DNA of 64,000 nucleotides from Gloeobacterales cyanobacterium (GTDB taxonomy: Bacteria > Cyanobacteriota > Cyanobacteriia > Gloeobacterales > PMM-0068), in contig JBBRSB010000021.1 of NCBI GenBank assembly GCA_038245785.1, positions 1-64,000 of the forward strand, given 5' to 3'. This document shows, piece by piece, positions 59,352 to 64,000 of this stretch (positions are counted from its first letter, which is position 1; each line of letters begins with the position of its first letter). The notes under the pieces are model-generated. The model was not told the DNA's origin and made no database searches. It saw nothing but the letters and a program-made list of their open reading frames with translations. Made by a program: the position numbers and the translations under genes.

Positions 59352-60101
59352 CTAGGCGCTAAACCCACCATCGATCGTCAAGCTTGCGCCAGTAATGTAC
59401 CCTGCCTCAGGACTAGCCAGATAAGCAACCATCCCCGCAACCTCTTCAACGGTGCCGTAGCGGAGCAACGCTGTGTGCTTTTTAAGCATTTCAGCGAATT
59501 CGCCTTCTGGAGGGTTCGTCTCCGTTGCGATTGGTCCAGGCTGCACGTTGTTGATCGTGATCCCACGCGGACCCAGATCACGCGATAGCCCTTGTACCAG
59601 TCCTTGCAGCGCTGACTTGCTCATGGCATACACGCCCCCACCACTCCATGGAATCCGTTCAGCATTGATGCTGCCAATGTTGATGATGCGTCCACCCGCT
59701 TGCATATGCTTGACTGCGGCTTGCGTCGCCACAAAGACAGCACGCACGTTGACAGCAATGGTGCGATCGAAGTCCGCCAGTTTGAAATCATCGAGGGGGG
59801 CAAACGGTGATATGCCCGCATTATTGACCAGGATATCAATGCCGCCCAAATTATCCACTGTCTGCTCAACCGCAGCGATCACTGCACTGGCATCGCCACT
59901 GTCGGCTTGAATGGCAAGAGACCGGACACCTAGCGTTTGTGCTGCCTGGGCAATTTCGTTTGCTCGATCGGGCGAACTGCTATAGGTCAGGGCAACGTCA
60001 GCCCCTTCATTGGCTAAACTCTGGACGATCGCTGCACCGATACCGCGACTGCCTCCAGTGACGAGGGCACGTTTGTTTTTAAGTGTGGGGTTTATATTCA
60101 T
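59352..60101 (-). CDS. SDR oxidoreductase (3-oxoacyl-ACP reductase-like)
   Basis: TGGSRGIG, NNAG, YAMSK. Confidence 0.93.
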   Translation of the reverse strand: MNINPTLKNKRALVTGGSRGIGAAIVQSLANEGADVALTYSSSPDRANEIAQAAQTLGVRSLAIQADSGDASAVIAAVEQTVDNLGGIDILVNNAGISPFAPLDDFKLADFDRTIAVNVRAVFVATQAAVKHMQAGGRIINIGSINAERIPWSGGGVYAMSKSALQGLVQGLSRDLGPRGITINNVQPGPIATETNPPEGEFAEMLKKHTALLRYGTVEEVAGMVAYLASPEAGYITGASLTIDGGFSA

Positions 60102-60389
60102 TGTGATGAGGAATTGGATAAGTTTGTACTGCTTTCATTCTTCAACGTCCACTCCGTTTGAAACACTCAAGTTCATTGAGTTAAGTAGCAAGTTAATCTT
60201 TTTACGTCTAAAGAGAGAGCTTTGAATGGAGTTGCACTGCGGAAAGCTTCATATCAGGTGAAAGCATCCGCTTCTACAAGTTCACTTGGCTCAAATATCT
60301 AGAAGCTTCAATCAGCGCTAGTTTTAGAGGATTAGAGCGCGCCACTGATTTACTCTTTGCGCCAGTTTTACTGCTCAGTCATATCGCTG

Positions 60390-60812
60390 CTAGTCGCGCC
60401 CTGCCACAATAATCTTTTCGACCAAGCCGACAGGGTTAGAAAACATCACCTCATGGCTACCAGGCATTTGCACGAACCGAAATAGCCCCAAGCGGTTAGA
60501 CATTCTGCGATAATCCCACTCGCCTTGCTGAGGTCGAGAGGTGTCTTCCATGCAGTAGAGGTAACTTTTGGGAATGGGCAGCGAGTAAAATTGCTGCAAG
60601 ACCAACTTGTCAATTAACGGTTGATACGGTTCAGGCGATAATTGTGCGTAACTAGATTTAGCCAGGTCGAGGTCAGCGTCGTTGAGAAACGTTTCTCGCC
60701 AAATCTCAAAAGGTAGCATCAGCGTATTGTCATCCGATTCTCTTGCTAGCTTGTCGGATAACTTTTGAGCGTCCAGTGGGAGGATATCTCTTGCTTCTAA
60801 TTTTTTCAGCAA
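60390..60812 (-). pseudogene. C-terminal fragment of alpha/beta hydrolase (esterase-like)
   Basis: LSPEP...IPKSY...MPGSHE; N-terminal half absent. Confidence 0.7.
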
Positions 60813-60821
60813 AAGCGGTCG

Positions 60822-61853
60822 TCAGTCAGGAATTTTAGAGTCTTCGTAGATAGTCGCTCCCGCACTGTGGAGTTCATCCAAGAACCATTTGGTATCCGAG
60901 AGTAGCTCGGGTAGGTAAAGCCCAGGGCGGGCAGGAGAACGATTGTTCAGTCCCAATACCGACGCGAGAGAAAGAACGACACTCAGACCCGTGAGTGAGG
61001 CTGTGCCATGCTTGAACTCAAGCATCGATCGCGAACGCTTCGTTCGACCATCGGCCTCGCCCTCGATCTCGACGACGATCTCGGTCGCCGTCTCACCGCC
61101 CCGGCGGCGGCTGGACGATTCACCATTCACCAGGTCGAAGCGTACATCCGGCGCTCCAGTGGCGGCATAGAGACTCACGGTATCGAACGTGGAAAATGCG
61201 GTGGCATCGAGCGATCGACCGTCGACTGATTCGAACTTGCCCTTTGCGGCGTCGCCGGACAGCCATACGCGCCGCCCACCCTCGAATACCATTGCGGGGG
61301 GAGCAGCCCCGTGTACCCGCTTCATGTCTTCGAGCGCCGCTGGACCGACTGGATCCTTCTCGTCGACGATTGCGCCGAGCCTGATGGATTGGACGATCTC
61401 GAAGCCTTTGGCACTGTTCAGTGCCAGAAACGTGGCCGCACCGGCCATCCAGTGACTGGCGAGCACGACGGGTGCTGCGGTCGCACGATGCGCGAACATC
61501 GCCAACTCGGGGCCGCTTTCGGTGAGAGCAGCGTTGATGTTCAGGTAAGGGACGCCCAAGTCCTGCGCGTAGCTCAGGCCTTTGAGTCCGGCTTCGGGAG
61601 CTAACATGACCACAGCAGCTACGGTGACGTCGTCACCGAGGCCCAAGTGGGGCTTATCGATATCTATGGCAACGGCTTCGGCAGCGCCCACCTCCTGGGC
61701 GACTTCGCCTGCCGCTTGCAGGTTCCGTCCTCCGACGAGCACTCGAACGCTGGGGTGCATCTCGCGGAACCACTTGAGGGCAGCGCGCCCCACGAGGCCC
61801 GATCCTCCGGCGAAAAGTATCTGTCCTAAAGCAACCTTATTCTTAAGCGTCAT
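60822..61853 (-). CDS. Saccharopine dehydrogenase-like NAD(P)-binding oxidoreductase
   Basis: GGSGLVG, VGGRN, PGLYLPE. Confidence 0.8.
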   Translation of the reverse strand: MTLKNKVALGQILFAGGSGLVGRAALKWFREMHPSVRVLVGGRNLQAAGEVAQEVGAAEAVAIDIDKPHLGLGDDVTVAAVVMLAPEAGLKGLSYAQDLGVPYLNINAALTESGPELAMFAHRATAAPVVLASHWMAGAATFLALNSAKGFEIVQSIRLGAIVDEKDPVGPAALEDMKRVHGAAPPAMVFEGGRRVWLSGDAAKGKFESVDGRSLDATAFSTFDTVSLYAATGAPDVRFDLVNGESSSRRRGGETATEIVVEIEGEADGRTKRSRSMLEFKHGTASLTGLSVVLSLASVLGLNNRSPARPGLYLPELLSDTKWFLDELHSAGATIYEDSKIPD

Positions 61854-61858
61854 GATAT

Positions 61859-62641
61859 TTACCTCTTATTGTGAAACCAGTTGTAGTGTCTAAACAGCGA
61901 TTCCTCCATCGACACTGAGTGTTGGCCGGTTACGAATCCGGCCTTTGGCGAACACAAATAGAGAACCGCTGCGGCGATTTCCTCTGGGTGTCCAATCCGT
62001 CCTAACGGTTGCATACTGTTCAAAGCGGCACGACTTTGCTTGTCCTGGCGGTATTCCTCATTCATGGGTGTTTCAATCACTCCCGGACAGATTGCGTTGA
62101 CGCGCACACCCTGCGATGCAAACTCCAGCGCCGCCGATTTCGTCAATCCGAGCGTGGCAAACTTGCTCGCGTTGTAAATAGCCGACCCAGGATGAGGACG
62201 AATACCTAGAAAGGAAGCCGTGTTAACAATCCCACCGCCGCCGGATTTAAGGATGGCTGGAATCTCGTGTTTTAAGCAGAGCGCGACACCGCGCACGTTG
62301 ATAGCGAGAATGCGATCGATAGTGTTCTGCGTGACTTCTGTAATGGGAGCAGATTCGAGAAAAACACCAGCGTTATTAAAGGCAAAATCTAACTTGCCAA
62401 ACGATTCCAAGGTTTTCGCTACTATAGCGGCAACGTCATCTTCGATCGATACATCAGCTTGGACAAAAAGTCCTTTGCCACCCGCTTGCTCAATGAGCGC
62501 GATGGATTCTGCACCCTCACTTTCTCGCCGTCCAGCAACGACAACGCTGGCTCCTTCTTGGGCAAAGGCAACAGCAGTAGCGCGTCCAATACCAGAGGTG
62601 CCGCCAGTGACGAGAACAACTTTGCCAGTGAATGCTTTCAT
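61859..62641 (-). CDS. SDR oxidoreductase with a frameshift near its 3' end
   Basis: TGGTSGIG, NNAG, YNASK; native end TLSVDGGIAV* lies in another frame after about 61925. Confidence 0.85.
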   Translation of the reverse strand: MKAFTGKVVLVTGGTSGIGRATAVAFAQEGASVVVAGRRESEGAESIALIEQAGGKGLFVQADVSIEDDVAAIVAKTLESFGKLDFAFNNAGVFLESAPITEVTQNTIDRILAINVRGVALCLKHEIPAILKSGGGGIVNTASFLGIRPHPGSAIYNASKFATLGLTKSAALEFASQGVRVNAICPGVIETPMNEEYRQDKQSRAALNSMQPLGRIGHPEEIAAAVLYLCSPKAGFVTGQHSVSMEESLFRHYNWFHNKR

Positions 62642-62783
62642 AGGAATATCTAAATGATTTTCGATTGATACGCTGTAATTCACGGTCTAGTAAAAATCTG
62701 CTACCGATCACGGCACCAGTTCAATGCTCACTAGTGACCCCATCGCTTGCTTCAATGAGCAGCGGGTGAGTTAAAAGTGAGTT

Positions 62784-63521
62784 TTAGGCGAGGTCAAACA
62801 ACAAGATTTCAGCGCTGGCTTCGTTCGTTAGTTCTAACAGTTCTGGACTGTTAGTTTGCACACCATCGCCCTCTCGCAGTGATTCACCGTTGAGCGTCAC
62901 GATACCGCGTGCAACCTGAATCCAGGCAAAGCGATCGCTCCCCATCTCAAACGTAATGCGATCGCCCGATGACAAAACTGAAACATAGAGGTCAATATCT
63001 TGATGAATCACAACAGAATCCTCTCGTCCATTTTTTGAAGCCACAAGCCGCAGTTTGCCTTGTTTTTCTGCTAGAGGAAAATTGCGTTGGTTGTAGCGAG
63101 GAGTGATGTTTTGTCGATCGGGCAGCATCCAAATTTGCAATAAGTGTACTGGTTCAGTATCCGAATGATTAAATTCACTGTGTTGAATGCCAGTACCTGC
63201 GCTCATGATTTGGACATCGCCCGGACGCATGACCGAGCCAGTCCCCAGACTATCTTTGTGCGCCAGTTCTCCCGCCAACACATAGGTGAGAATTTCCATG
63301 TCCCGATGTCCGTGGGTGCCAAATCCCCCGCCAGGAGCAATCCGATCGTCATTAATGACTCGCAGCGATCGAAATCCCATGCGATCAGGATCTCTAAAGT
63401 CACCAAATGAAAAAGTATGGTAGCTATCTAGCCAGCCATTTTGAATATGTCCTCGAAGATTGCGTTGGTGTAACCTCTCCGAAGGGGAATCGTGAATGGT
63501 GTGTACGACAGTAGTAACCAT
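62784..63521 (-). CDS. Pirin family protein with 8-aa mini-element insertion
   Basis: HTFSF, HGHRDMEI, HKDSLG, HSE; IHD[SPSERLHQ]RN. Confidence 0.92.
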   Translation of the reverse strand: MVTTVVHTIHDSPSERLHQRNLRGHIQNGWLDSYHTFSFGDFRDPDRMGFRSLRVINDDRIAPGGGFGTHGHRDMEILTYVLAGELAHKDSLGTGSVMRPGDVQIMSAGTGIQHSEFNHSDTEPVHLLQIWMLPDRQNITPRYNQRNFPLAEKQGKLRLVASKNGREDSVVIHQDIDLYVSVLSSGDRITFEMGSDRFAWIQVARGIVTLNGESLREGDGVQTNSPELLELTNEASAEILLFDLA

Positions 63522-63558
63522 CTTCTGTGCCTCTTTGTATTAGTAGACTTGGTAAAAC

Positions 63559-64000
63559 TTAGTCAATGACCAGATCGGATGGCTGACCCCAGCCTCCAGT
63601 AAAAACAAACTCAGTCAGTGGCTTGCGGGTTCTGGGTGCAAGTTCCCGATCTTTCAATGCTGCTGGTAAGGTCTGTGGATCGCCCAGATACCCGATTGCC
63701 ATCATGGCTACAGGTTCGTAGCCGCTGGGAATGCTGAACTGCGATCGCGCTGTTTCAGCGCTAAACCCTCCCATCTGATGAACGAATAGATCCAGCGCGA
63801 TCGCTTGCGTTGAAAGATTGCTGATGGCTGCACCCACATCATAAAAGGCATGATGGTTTTCTTTGCCGTTGGACTCAAAGTGTATCTTGGCAACAGACAG
63901 CATCAGCACAGGGGCATTCTGCGCCCAGGCTTGATTAGATTCGACGAGACAACTGAGTAGACGAGCATACTCAGAGGGCTGGTCTTTCGTTGCCACAATC
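63559..64000 (-). CDS. Nitroreductase family protein (5' end outside window)
   Basis: Close paralog of 25883-26491. Confidence 0.9.
   Translation of the reverse strand, partial: IVATKDQPSEYARLLSCLVESNQAWAQNAPVLMLSVAKIHFESNGKENHHAFYDVGAAISNLSTQAIALDLFVHQMGGFSAETARSQFSIPSGYEPVAMMAIGYLGDPQTLPAALKDRELAPRTRKPLTEFVFTGGWGQPSDLVID

Noticed and set aside
1..64000. CRISPR array, cas genes, prophage, rRNA
   Set aside because: No regularly spaced repeats or corresponding genes found

Overview
Cyanobacterial chromosome segment in two parts. The host is probably an early-branching, HIP1-poor lineage such as Gloeobacterales (inference). (1) 1-24.6 kb is core genome: rpmG-rpsR, a secreted protein/CHASE2 kinase/NarL-type regulator locus, tRNA-Lys(TTT), STAS-mini-RNase III-rlmB, ldpA-AAA/R3H, an ABC1 kinase, relA/spoT, maf, ccmP, and a free-standing secY-adk-map-infA operon. 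That operon carries a ~1 kb toxin-antitoxin insert bracketed by 40-bp direct repeats. (2) From an IS481 at 24.6 kb to the window end is an accessory, HIP1-rich and heavily decayed island. It holds oxidoreductases, hydrolases and amidohydrolases plus IS256, IS6, IS110 and IS5-like remnants. Two signals stand out. An IS110 left end encodes a recognisable bridge RNA whose target guide matches the actual flanking DNA. At least three families of 21-25 nt mini mobile elements have inserted, mostly in frame, into transposases, enzymes and MITEs.
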